A stretch of DNA of 63,667 bases, filler included, from Choristocarpus tenellus KU-1152 (taxonomy: Eukaryota > Protista > Phaeophyceae): NCBI GenBank assembly GCA_964200185.2. It is 10 parts of 10 records of this genome, joined end to end, with 100 filler letters (N's around TTAATTAATTAA, not from the genome) between each part and the next. Parts side by side here need not be neighbours in the genome. Positions count along the whole stretch, not along the records: positions 38,483 to 44,162 come from CAXNAD020010029.1; positions 44,263 to 50,605 come from CAXNAD020008346.1; positions 50,706 to 53,958 come from CAXNAD020021248.1; 7 more parts are not named here. One strand, 5' to 3'. The position numbers and the translations under genes were made by a program. How positions within the stretch are numbered: the stretch's first letter is position 1; the number at the start of each line of letters is the position of its first letter. The notes under the pieces are model-generated. The model made no database searches. It was given only the letters and a program-made list of their open reading frames with translations, and was not told the DNA's origin. Positions 41,109 through 53,958 of this stretch are shown piece after piece.

Positions 41109-41820
41109 TCAAAAGAGTCCTCCAAGAGACTCTGTCATACGGGCAAAGTCTTCAACCTCCTCAGTTTCCCATTCCTCTCCTCCCCATTTCCCGACCCCCC
41201 CAGGGCCCCCAAGGTTGCAAGACCCCCCAGGACCTGATGAATCCAATGGAAGAAGCAGGCGTAGCTTCATTGCATCAGGGTCCAGGAAGTGCATTACCAT
41301 TGGGCCTGCTAGATTTGGCACCGCTTGAGCCGCCTGAACCATGGCAACAGCCGAAACAAGCCAGGCACGTAAAGAAGGGTGAGCCCCATTGCAATGCAAT
41401 CAAAGAGTCAAAGTCGGCGAGAGGTTCCCAGGGTTGCATTTTAAGGATGCCCGCAAATACCTGCAAAATTCGGCACTTTTTACAAGCGGTGTATATGGGA
41501 ATGTTTTCCGAGTTATGTTGAAATTTTTTCCAACAGTGGAGAAATCAACCGCCCTCGAATCAATTTTAGTACTTCATCCACAGAAAAAAAAAAGTGGCTT
41601 GAGATGCAAAAACAGTCAAAACCTGGGTTCCTCTAGTTTTTATATTGACTCAAAAAATGATAAAAGAAATATTACATTTAAACAGGGCACGTGAAGGCGT
41701 GTCTATTCAAACAGTGAGCGGGATGGCATTAAAAATACATACACCTCTTTGCATCAACGTGTACTATGTCAGTAGAAGAATAAATGGATGGCATGCACAT
41801 TCCATTATCACATGTGTGTA

Positions 41821-41858
<38 letters not shown>

Positions 41859-42651
41859 GCTCTCCAACGCAGTTATTGGATCATTCTGTCCTCCCCAAAA
41901 CAGAAAAATATAGGAGTGTTACAACACTGCATCAATTTCATTCTCAAATACCTCCTCCACATGGCAGTCGTTTCTGTGTCTTTTACAATGAAATACTATC
42001 GGATGACCACCTTACATCTCATTCCAAGGGCGACAGCTGCCAAATGATATCCCAAGACAAGGTAAGCGTGCCTGCAAACTTCAGGGCCCAACATAGTACA
42101 TTTTCCAATGCCAACACCATGCCATCGATGCACCAACTGCAAACAAGAGGCTGCAAGTGTTCAGACACCAGAGGTCCTCTCTCCTCTCCCAAAACTCTCC
42201 CCACTCCGAAGTACACCAAAGAACCCCTCTTCACTGCACACGCCACCAGCTCTCTATAACACACACCGCACGTACTTTCAACACAACCCCCGCCCCTCAC
42301 CTTGACCACTCCCTGAATATACACTTCCAATGCAGACCGGCGGACGTCTAGGTGGCCATGATCAAGCTTGTTCAATCTCCATGTCCTCTTGGGCAGCTCA
42401 GGCCCTAAGTCCAACTCTCTCCCTTGTAAGCCACTGGAGTCCCCCCCGCCTGACCCATTTCCTCCAACACCAGCCCCAGCACCCGCACTGTTCCCTTTGC
42501 CCCCAGGGGCCACCACCACTCCGAGCCTCAGCAAGCGTTTTCGAAGCTGAACAAAATCTCGATATCGCCGTTGAACTTCCCAAGTCTCATGAGTGACTGC
42601 AACTCGAGTACGCACTACAAACTCAGCATGTGGACGCTCCCCGCCAGACAC
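41109..42651 (-). CDS. PX (Phox homology) domain protein, 3' exons 42651-42301 and 41333-41109
   Basis: HAEFVVRTR...WEVQRRYRDFVQLRKRL...PELPKRTW...LDVRRSALEVYIQGVVK/AAQAVPNLAGPMVMHFLD. Phase-0 GT-AG intron and a terminal stop. Confidence 0.88.
41405..41651. mobile_element. MITE family C (GAGTCAA...TTGACTC ends); related partial copy at ~50352-50580
   Basis: Short TIRs. gagtcaaagtcggcgagagg...aggatgcc...gttgaaattttt aligns with the sequence from 50352 onward. Confidence 0.55.
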
Positions 42652-44897
42652 CTGTCTCTCCGTAAGCAACACAGGATTAAGGTAAGAGGGAGGTGAGAGG
42701 GGAAAAGGAGGGGAGAGTGTGTCTGTAAGGAGAGAGGAGTAATGTGAGGTGACGACTTGTCTTAGCCTGATGGAAGGAGGAATTTCGGCGATGGAAAGGA
42801 TACAGTGCATCAACACAGAGGTTGCGGGGATTGTAATGCTTGTCATGCGTTGTTGCTGTACCTATAGATGGCATCCTCAATGAGGATTGGAAAGACACAG
42901 GCATACACAAATCATCTCACCACACCAGTCTCTCTACACACAAGAAAAACGGAAACTTGACAGAAGGTGGCACAAAAGAGACAGGATCCACCAGACTACT
43001 TGATCAGACACACAAATACACACATACACACTCAACCCAAAGACAATTGCTAGGACCCACATCTCCGCAGGCCGATCTGATGCCACCCTTAATACAACTA
43101 ACGCCATGTGCAAATAGGCTTGCTATACTTAGGCTGGAGTGGACAAGCCCTTATTCCACTACCATCCCATACCTCCGCTACCATAGCCCATCTTCGCCTA
43201 CCTGTTCCACGCACAGTCTTGCCTCTCTTGACACGGCAACCTTCCCCTCCTTTCGAGCAACAACATAAACCAATAACTAAACACTGCAAGTACTCTAGGA
43301 TACTCCCCTTACAAGACAGTAGCCAAGGAATGATTTCGGCCACGAAACAGAACCTACTTACAAATGGGTACGCCTGCCTGTGTGCATTCAAGTACTGCTA
43401 CTTCCTACACACGATCATCTCAGTTCCACAACATATTCCTTGCCTCACCTCTATCCAATCTGTGACGCGAACATCCAAGTGAGTTCCTGTCAGTACGGAC
43501 ACAACTGGTTCCGGAAGCGAGGCAAAGGGGTTCTTGAGTGCACCACTTGCAAAAACAAAAAGCCAACCCACGGCATCATCAAAACATCTTTTCAGATTTG
43601 TACTGGCCTCTGGTCATCACCAGTGGAAGGGGTGAGGGCAAGAGCATGGGGGCAAGAGATGAGGGTAAGATTATGAGGGTAAGAGTGTTTCCTCATTCTT
43701 ACAATCCCTTCCAGGGTATGAACAGAGGATGCTACCACCCTCTTGTTGTGCTGACCACCTCATGCTGCGAGTGTCAGTAGGCAGTGGAGTGGCTTGTGCT
43801 CGCCCACAAAAACTGCAGACAATACCCACACCCTTGCCAGGAGAGCACAACTCTGCTTGTACATGGTTTGCGCGTATATGTTTGTGAGTGAAGGTGACGA
43901 ATCGAAAGGCCTCAGGAGACTTATGAGAAGCCTCTATTGCAATGTACAACACTGCCATGCTCAAGAAGCTGCTTTTACACAAGAAACAGGACTCTAAACA
44001 AGAGTAACAGCAAACACTATTAATACAACAAGAAAGGCCGTCTAACCTGCACGGGAACAGCAGTAACCCCCCCTCCCCCCACCCAGCCATCTCCCAGCCC
44101 CCGCTACCTACCAGACCATGAAAGCAAGACAGTAGTGGACAGCAAAACCACAAGACAACACGNNNNNNNNNNNNNNNNNNNNNNNNNNNNNNNNNNNNNN
44201 NNNNNNTTAATTAATTAANNNNNNNNNNNNNNNNNNNNNNNNNNNNNNNNNNNNNNNNNNNNATGGAGTAAGAAGTAAAAAAAAAAAATGTTCAGACGAA
44301 GCGGAGGCCCTCTCACAAACCACCCCCCCCCCCTCCCCAGATACTTTGACCCGTGGTAATCTTCGTATCAGCAAGTTCCTTGATAGTGACAGAGCAAGAA
44401 GAATGTCACTCCTCAACACTTAAAAAATATATATCTTTGTGGGTAATTGAGTGATATCAAGAGAGTATGCGGAAAACAACTCTTGGTCTTGATGTAGAAA
44501 AAACCAAAGTTCTCGAGTTATAGCTCTATGTTTTAAATCATATGCTCATCATGGAGTACACACCAAAGCCTTCTGGGCTGGGGGGTTTCATTTGCAGGAA
44601 ACGAATCTAAGCAGAAATTAGAGGATGAAAACGATTTGGATCCAATCAAACTCTGGTGGACCCCTAGACTTTCCGAAAACCCTTCTTTTTTGCCTTGATT
44701 TTTCCTCGAGGTCTCCCGAGTAAAGGTTTGTGCTATAGAGCCATTTTCTAAGTGGGGGCTTTTTTAAATTGTTGACATCTTGACATCTCTCCCTTAAACT
44801 GATACCTATCACTCATCATATACACAATGTTTTCACCTCCATTTTCTTCTCTCTGCTCCCATTCTTGCCTTTTCATTCCCTCTCTCTCCACATGTAG

Positions 44898-47800
44898 GCA
44901 TGCAATCTATTCCGACTCTACAATGGGAAGGCAGCAGAGACTGAGCTCAAAACTCTGTCAGAACGTGGGCGTAATATTCAGGTGTGGTACGCCTGCACTA
45001 CTTTCTTGACAAGCAGTGAGATGTTTCCAGAACTGACTTTGTGCTGTTCAACCCTATACTGAAATTACTCAGACAATTGACCCTGTTGAACTCTTCTGAT
45101 GGCACCACTTGCTACATATGGCATGCTTTCTATACAACCCTCTTGGAATGAGCCTGAGGCCCTTCCAAGCACTAGAGTCTAAGATCAGGATGGTCTACTG
45201 GAGTGTATGCCTATGACACCCTGAAGGAGAACAAAGCTTGTGGTAATTCAGATTAGAAGAAGCATGCTCCGCAAATCCTTAGAACCCTTATTGTCCCATG
45301 GATTTTCCTACGCGGTGAGATGGATATTTTTGCACCCACTACCTCTCCTCTGCTTTAAGAATCACCCTCCTTTTGCCTTGGTGAACTTTGCTATGCTCAA
45401 CGACATGTAGAGAGCAAGTCATATTCTACACAGGTGTTCTTCCTGTACTACCTTGTCCTCTTTTTGTGTTCATGTACACTGGTACTTTGTGCTCTGTGTA
45501 CTCCATTCACCGCATTCCAAACTCCAGCTCATCTTCTCCCCAGCAGGGTTCACACCTCGTGCAAGACTCATGATTATGTTAGAAATGTATACCCCCTCAC
45601 AATTTGCGCCCACAACCCGCTTTTTCCCTACCCTCAGGGAAATGATTTGATTCGTCACAACATGATCGTATTTGCCAATGGAGAAGGATCACTCAAGGTC
45701 CTGCCCTCCCTCATTGATTTCATCTCCGAGGCCAGGCTCAATCTCGTGAGTTGGGTCAACTCTTTTACCCTTGTATTGCAGTGTGGGTAGTCAAAACAAA
45801 CTCTCTCTCTCTTTAGATATGTTTGGAATTGACAAGGATTGGTTTATATATATATTGCCAACTTTGGCCAGCAATAGGTATCTATCCAAGAATAATGCCC
45901 GTTTTGGTTGCTATACTTCTCTTGACTTACATTGCATGGGAGAAAATTGGGGGAATATGTGACTGGCATTGATAAGTCGTCAACATTCCTTGCTCAAGCA
46001 GTTACAGAGTGAGCCTGCATATGCCTTTATAAACACCAGGGACGGAGGGTGGGGCTGGCTTGCACTTGAAACTGGATGAAAAAGTCAGGCAGAAATAATA
46101 ATTGGCTTACCTCTGATAGGTTCATATTATGGGTCATTGTCTTATAGAGCAGGAGACATAAAGGAAGAACAGGGCAAATTAACAAGAACATATGATTTGT
46201 TTTCTAAGATTGGGTTGAAGATAAAATTAGGGGAGCTTTGTGGTGAAACTTATTTTGACCACCATCCACTTTGTGTAATGTGCAACGCATACTTGACTAA
46301 CTAAAGAGAGCGACAGTATCTTAGAGGGTATGAGTATTGCTCTGTTTGTCCATTTGGGGCTTGACTTCCCATGGGGTATTATTATGACATTTTCCTACTC
46401 CATAATGTTTCGGAGTAGGTAAAATGTATACATCATGAAAAGGTGTGTCTGGAGTAAGGATATTGACACTTCCTAACAAACACAATAGCCAAAATTACAT
46501 CCGAATCGCAACATTGGATTTTGGTCCCCAAATGGACGAGGTTCTACACTCTAATATTCTTTGGCTCAGAAATTGTTCCAGTGCAATACCTAAAATCTGA
46601 CCAGGACAGTACATGAGAGTATGGATGTACCGCTGGTCCATCAATGAAGCTCAGAGTATTGTGCAAGATTAGTAATAGTGCCTTGATCAAACAGTTGGAT
46701 GCCAACATCTCCACAATAGTCAGAAGGCAAAAGTTCGAATCCTGACCGAGGCAAACCGCTTTCTCAACCTCCCATTACTCTTGAGTTATTTTAGGGGCAA
46801 TGTTCAAGGCAACAGTACTTCCAGAATCCAAGATCTAGGCTGTTGATGGCGAATGTAGGTATTCACCTTCTAGATCAGTTCATTTGCCTTAACTATGCTG
46901 GTTAGGACTCAATTAATAGTTCTTTTGCTGTCTAATCCTCACTTAAGGTAGGACGGTATTGTCAGGAGAAGTTTTTTCTGTGGTCAACTTGGAAGATCCA
47001 TGCTCATGATGTGGGTCTACCTACAACCCAAGGGGGTAAGGGTTGGTTGTTGCTGAAATTGCATGACTACAAGAGATGGAACAAACGTGATCAAAGGTAT
47101 TGCCTCAGAGCACGGGGTAGGGTGTCATCTTTTGCTGGTCAACAACGAAATTCGAGGCTGAAGATTGCTTGATGCAGCTGTACCAAGAAAGAAAAAAACT
47201 CTCACTGCCCGCTAGCATACCCAAACCATGGTCTTATTCCCGTCAAGTGTTGGCCTGTAATATTTCCTACGTTTTCTTATATCCCCTTACACTGTCTACA
47301 CTCCACAGCTTGGTTTTGCCAAGCTGTCCAGTTTTCCCCATTGCAGCAGTAGTTTGGTATGTATTGTACAACTTCAGTGCAGTACCATGATACTTCACAA
47401 TTACACACTTGAAATGATCTCAAGGTGAAGATTGACTGGAATAGATGGACATACCTGCTTACCATCCTAGGTAAACCTTCCCTCGCTGTGCTTCAAAGGT
47501 GATCTACTACCTAAAGAACGAGAGCATCCAGGAAGCATACGAGCTGATCAAGGACATGGAGCCATCTACCCCACAGGAGTACATCTTGAAAGGCAAGATG
47601 ATTGACAGTTCAGAGAGGACAATGGTGGTGGCTGTTGGAGTATTTTCTTGTAATAATGTGATATGGTGAAATCATGCCCTTGCTCTGCCATGTAGCACAG
47701 CTTTGAAACTTAAGGCAAGAGTTCTCAGTCAGAGTACTGTAAAACCTCAATCATCCACACGCCAACATTATGGTCTGCAGTTTATGTGCCTCACTTCAAA

Positions 47801-50170
47801 AAATTGTTGATTTGTTGCTTGCAATATTGATCAGAGGTCAACCGCATCTCCCCAGTTGTTTCTACTCACCAACATTACTGAGAGAACATGCCCAATACTG
47901 TTCAACCCATGTCTCCATGGGATGGTTAGGTGTGGTTAACGCCTCTGTTGGGCAGGCTATGGGATCGAGGGAGCACCTGAAGATGGCGCAGCAGTATTTC
48001 CAGGTGAGCATTGCCAGCAACAGTGACAACAAGTTATACACAACTGAGACAAAACCCCATCAATTTGCAAGGACCAGGTACCACTACTGGAAAAAAAAAG
48101 CTGTGCTATTGCCACCATGTAAGAGGTGATAAAGGGTAAAAGCCCCCTTGCCAGAGAAGGTCAGGAGGCAGAAATGATGACTTCTTCCTTACTCACTCTG
48201 ATTTGTTAGGATATCAATAAATGTTTGGGTAGCCTCATTCTTCAGGCCAAGGTGGATAGCTGATATGTTCTAGCCCCCAATTTAGCACGTTGGTGATCTC
48301 CAAGTTGGGACAATACATGAGTGCAGGCGGTGGAACTATGTGAAATTGCAGAAAATACTGTGGGGGTACATCGAGATAAAACTGGACTACACAACTCACT
48401 GGAAGATAGGAAGCTTGGGTGAGGGTTGCTCAACAACGAAGTTTGTACTCCCGGAGTAGTAAACAGAAACTGGGCCATGTCTTGGTGATTTCATGAGTTG
48501 AGCTTCAAGCTGCCTCCTCTGGCTCTGCAAATGCAAGCAGGAGCGACCAGAACTACCTTGCCAGTGTGCTCAGCACCTGACCAATTCTCAAAGCTATTTT
48601 CTGTAAATCTTCTCCAATTGTACCTTATCCTTGTTGTGAATGACCATAGCTTGTCGGTGCTTCAGCAAGTGAGTGTGACACAATCCCTGGGCGGCAGTGC
48701 ATGGCTTCATGCTTCTACCTGCTCAAGCAGTTTGAGGATGTCAACATCTACCTGAACTCTGTCAAGGTGTGTGTGTGTGCGGTAAATACTGAGCAACACT
48801 GTTGGTCTTCCCTTGTTTGCTTGCATCTACTACCTTGGTCAATAGATCATTGGATTGTGTGACTTCTTTGAGTACGGATGTAGTCATAGTGTAAATACAT
48901 AGTTATTTTCCATAGATCATCCGCTACATCAGTTAGTTAATAAATTCTGATAAGGGATGTCTTGCTATCGAGCTAGCTTTAAGGAAAGAGACAGCAGTAA
49001 TACACCAATAACTTGGTGGTCTCAAAGCATCTAACCCTAGCCATGTGTACACTCCCTAGTATTCCAGAGCCGACGTTGGAGCCTTCACAATGAAGAGAGT
49101 ACAACACTGGTGCTAGATGAGTGTGTTGGAATTTCATTCTGCCAAGGGGGGTCCATCAGCAAACGAAGTCTGTGATGGTATGCTGAAAATACCAGCAATC
49201 GAAATCATATTCAGTATCATTGCGCGTCTAAATCCAGTTTAAAACAGTATAAAACCATAGCATAGGTCTGTGTTTTTTTTTGTATAGGTGGTTGTAATGT
49301 TTGCTGCTGCCTTCATTGCCGTGTACTATGTTGATGGAAAAGATGGAAAACTAGCTAATGGTGGTGCCGATTCAAAGTATGAAGATCTGGATGTGCAACT
49401 GCCACGTTAGCATCGTGGTTGCTAGGTGCGTATGACTTCTTCCAACTGCCAGGGATCCTGAATCTTCACCCCAATCTTCTGACATATTCAGTACTCCGAT
49501 TCATATGTCAGGCATATATGTACAATGATGACGACTTCAACTGGAATCATGGGATCTCTCTAGCCTCCACTGGAAACTTCAAGGTACGCCTTCACTAGGA
49601 GCTCTCATGTAATGATGCCTGTTGTTGCTGGATAGCAAGAGAAAATTGATCCAACACGGTAAAATTGTAGCACTCACGGATTTATCCTTCCCATTTTCAT
49701 ATCTCATGAGAGCGGCTCCATGTTCTAATTTCATTGTACAAGGCAACATATTCTTCTCGAACAGTGTTTTTTCCTTTCCCACTGAGCTAGCTCTTTTGTT
49801 CTAGTCCCCTGACTCGCCCCAACATTTCCTTCCATGCACTTTCTAGTCTCAGTATCATCAAAGCGTGATGAAAAGGGACTACCCCTAATATCAAAAGCAA
49901 GATAATAGGTTTGCAAACACTTATGCCCATCTCCATCTCCTGCTTCACAAGCATGTATACTTTCCCTCCTTCCTTTCTCATGGGCCCACACATGAATTAT
50001 GACCAATGAATTTCATGGAGACGGGTGGTTTTAGCTCTTGTGTGAATTGCAACAGTCATCTTCCTGCGATATCCCCTGGTTGCCCTGGATCAGGCAGCTG
50101 AGGAGGCCCTGCTCCTCATCCAGAATGAGAAAATCAAGCAGGAATACTGCTACATCAGCTGGCTGGCCAG
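44898..50170 (+). CDS. IFT56: Intraflagellar transport protein 56 (TTC26/DYF-13), internal 7 exons: 44898-44981, 45638-45745, 47499-47592, 47930-48003, 48650-48766, 49512-49583, 50094-50170
   Basis: The spliced product is [18 protein letters not shown]...[142 protein letters not shown].../[10 protein letters not shown]. These are diagnostic IFT56 motifs. Confidence 0.97.
46308..46567 (+). mobile_element. MITE family A, copy 4 (in an IFT56 intron)
   Basis: Collinear with 21923-22181. Confidence 0.9.
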
Positions 50171-51090
50171 GTGCAGTCTTCATCCTTCATGTACTTACTT
50201 CATTGGTTACACCACTATATCCCTCATCAGAAAATATCCTACCATACCTTCATATTGCTTCCTTGCAACACCAACATTCCACATTTTCTTATCATATTCC
50301 TGATATGTGGCAATGGTTTCTTGGTTGTGGAGCAAGCTCCTAATGTGCTAAGAGTCGAAGTAAGCAAGAGGTACAAAGAGCTTCAAATTTGAGGATGCCG
50401 GAAAATTTGTGAAAAATGCGGATTTTGGTACGAATTCGTAAAGGATATTTTCTGAATTGAGTTGAAATTTTTCAATCCATAGGGAAACCAAACCTCTCAA
50501 GTCAAATGAAGCACTTCATCCATAGAAATGTGTGTGACTTGTAAAAGATTGAAAAACTGGCTTACAATGCAAGACGGTCAAAAGGCTCAGAGCATCTGGG
50601 GGGGGNNNNNNNNNNNNNNNNNNNNNNNNNNNNNNNNNNNNNNNNNNNNTTAATTAATTAANNNNNNNNNNNNNNNNNNNNNNNNNNNNNNNNNNNNNNN
50701 NNNNNGTCTCTACGTCTGGTCTGCCCTCTGTGGGTATGGCCCATGAAGCTGGAAGTTCATGCTGCTTAACCTGGCGATTAGTGTTGGTTGATGGCAATTA
50801 CCCAACAAAATTATTGGGGGGGGGAGGAGAATTGCACTGAACAGTGCTTATGGTGTTGGGACTTGAATTTTTTTTTCTCTAATTGTCAGTTATAGAACAT
50901 GTCTTTTGTGGTATATTGTATCCCAAATTTTTGTTGAGTACAAAGTGAAGAGTTTGTGGTGGTTAGTTGTGTACTCTCCATGTGTATGAGAACAAAGTAT
51001 GTAAAATGACCTTGCAAGGGGCTTACACGTTGTGTACAGTCCCACACCACTCCAAATCAACCACAACTTAGACTTTTTTATCGTATGAAG

Positions 51091-53658
51091 GGTGTTCGAC
51101 CAAGGGTTGGTGAGAGATTTGAAGTGGAGGTCGAGACTAGGGTGGGACAAAAACGCAAGGGTGCTCCTGGGACCAAGGTCAGACCAAGGGGCAGACGGCA
51201 GCGGTTGACTGTAGCGAAGAGTGGAGCTGGAGGTGAGCTGTTTCAGTGGGGAAGGGGGGAAAGATAACATTTTTTTCAACTAATCTTGAAATATGATACC
51301 ATGGTGGAATTGGGTCTTGCTTCTGAATCCACATATCCTCTGTTTTGGAGTCCATAATTGAGTCCTGAGCTGTCAAACACTCTTATGGACACACATTTCC
51401 CCCCTTGTTGGTTGGTTGCTGTTGCTGTTGTACATGAGGCAGAGGGGGACTTGGGTGCTCTCCTTCAGAAGCCCTTGGGGAGCAAGTTGTTTGCCCATGG
51501 TGTGGAGGGTGTGAAGAAAAGGGGGAAGCGGAGTAGGGTGGAAACAGTAGCACCTGCAGAGGCCTGGCCAGAGGTTGCAGAGGCTTTGGTCCCCTCACCG
51601 GAGAGGCTGCTACTAGACCGGCGACTTAAGGAAGTATTGGACAGCATTTCAGACTGGAGGTATGAAAAAAATTGGTGTGGAAAGTAACAGGAATTTCTTT
51701 TTGTGTGGTTAAATTCCTATAATGTTTTTGTGAAGAACACCTTCCATTTATCTTAAAATTGGAGGGGAGTGTTTTATTTTGCATATATTTCAATACATTT
51801 TGGGGGATTTCACTTGAGATTATTTATTTTCATGCCGATGTATATATTTATATATTATATATAGAACTGTACCTAAATTTAAGAACACTTTTTTTTGTGA
51901 GTTGGGGCTTGAATCCTCTCTGTAGGGGAGCGATATTTTTTTAGTGCGGATTGCTGGGAGATGGGTAAGGCAAAGAAGGACAGGAACAAACTCTGATATT
52001 GCAGGTTTCCTCTGCCATCCCCTTCTTCTGCCAGCATTCCCCACTCCTTGGGCAAATATCTTGTTCCACAAGGTAAATCACAGGACAGCGTTCCAAGTCC
52101 CTGAATCTTCAACAATCATGTCCCTTTTAGAACTCAGGTACAGTGTATAATGAAAAGTATGTTTTGACCTGTACGAAGATCTACTCGGATTCCCTGTCAA
52201 AGATGGCTGAACAAGGTGAATACAAACAACCCCCCCCCCCCCACAAACCTCTGCTGCCACAAAACTTAGCATCTCCAAGCACAATGATTGTTTCAGTCTG
52301 CTACATGTTTTAAAAGAAAAAAGTATGTTAGATATCTATATACCTTTTACGTTCTATCTGTTGCCAGAAGCAATAGTACTGAATTGTCGTGAGGAAATAT
52401 CATCGGAAAAGAAGATTAAAAAAAGCTCTAAGCATGCACATGTGTGTGAGGTGGAGATTATACAGGCAGTCACTCAAAACCCTGGATTCGATGTTTTACA
52501 TTTTTTTCCCCCCTTGAACAAATTTGTAAAAATAGACAGTCCATAAACTTGCGATACTGAGAACCTGTGTGAAGGACTTACTACCCAGGCACCTACTAAA
52601 CGAGGACGGCAACCTTTTTGGGGGTGGTCAACTAGAGTTGTGCACCTGCAAAATGCGCCCAAAAATTGCAACATTGCAACATTGCTCAGGTTCAACAAGA
52701 GAAGCCACTTGAGTGATTCAATAATATTTATCTCACTTCACGATTCATGCATTTTAATCCCCTTCCCCCCCCTCCCCATACCTGTTTTTGGTATCATGAC
52801 ACGTATTTGCAACTATTGTATGTATGTACACACAGGGTGCCTGTATCGAGCGTGGAGTCTCCTGAGATGTGGAAGACCGTTGATGAGCGTGGCACCCGCC
52901 TCTTGGGAGAACTCTTCATCCAGATCCCAACAAAGGAGGCCTACCCTGAGTACCATCAACGGGTCAGGCAGCCAATGGACCTACAGACAATGGCTATCAA
53001 GGTGAGGTCATTTTGAAGGTACAACCTGCAGCTACCTTGTTTATCAAGTGTGTGTTGGTATGGTGAGGTTTGAGTTGTACCTGGGAAGGCATGAGCCATA
53101 GAGCTGTGGGATAGCTTTGTTGTATCAATACTATTTTGTCTTGAATGCTTTGAAACATTTGACTGACAGAAACTTGACCTTTTTCCTTTTTGTCCAAGTC
53201 CCGATCTCTTCATCCTCAAGTACGATACAGGTATTCAAATCCTTGTATGTTCTCTATGCCTATACATTTCAGGTTTTACAAAGAAGCTACAATGATTGTG
53301 GTGAGCTTGAGGCTGATGTGGCCCTCATGCTGGCCAATGTCAAGAAGCTCGGTAACCCTTTGGTGAGAAAGTGATTGCAATCCCCAAGAAATTTTTGAGA
53401 TTTCCCTCATAGCAGTCTATAGTGAAATTTGAGCTATCTTCAAACCATCAAACATATGGGATTTTAAATCTCCCTCTTTTGTCATCCTTTCCTGTTGCGA
53501 TGCGAACTACTGATCTTGTAGCCGAAAACATACACAACGATTTTGGACTTTGTTCTAGTAAATATATATCTAATTTATATTGTATGTTTGAACAGGTGGA
53601 GAAGGACTGCAAGGAGCTGCTGCGACTGACCAAAGCCGCCATAAAGAGAACCTTCAAG
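51091..53658 (+). CDS. Bromodomain-containing protein, partial; exons 51091-51232, 51443-51659, 52836-53001, 53273-53362, 53596-53658
   Basis: LKEVLDSISDWR...LLGELFIQIPTKEAYPEYHQRVRQPMDLQTMAIK/VLQRSYNDCGELEADVALMLANVKKLGNPL/VEKDCKELLR is a polybromo/SMARCA-type bromodomain. Splice phases are compatible. Confidence 0.85.
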
Positions 53659-53896
53659 GTATAATTTTACATGATGGAGTCATAGTGTTACGGCAGTCCA
53701 AAAATATTTTCCCAGTTGTTAGTATTTGCACCTTTGATAACTGTGGTTTGATAATTGTGGTTTTGCTGGTGGCAATGTTTTAAAGATGGATATGTTTACT
53801 AATTGTGAGGAATTTTGTTTGGTGGTATTGTATGACTATGGGAGAAAATGATGTCATTTTGGGTGAAAAATATACTGCCAGTGGATGCCTCCATAG

Positions 53897-53958
53897 GAGC
53901 CAAAGTATCTTAGAGGGTAGAGCCGCGTCCATTTGGGGTTCAAAATCCAATATTGCGA
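53897..53958 (-). mobile_element. MITE family A, copy 5 (cut by the contig end)
   Basis: gagccaaagtatcttagagggtagagccgcgtccatttgggg matches the family A terminus. Confidence 0.88.

Noticed and set aside
46680-46760. tRNA gene suggested by a GTTCGAATCC B-box (similar motif at ~7577)
   Set aside because: No acceptor or anticodon stem can be formed. At most it is a decayed tRNA-derived SINE.
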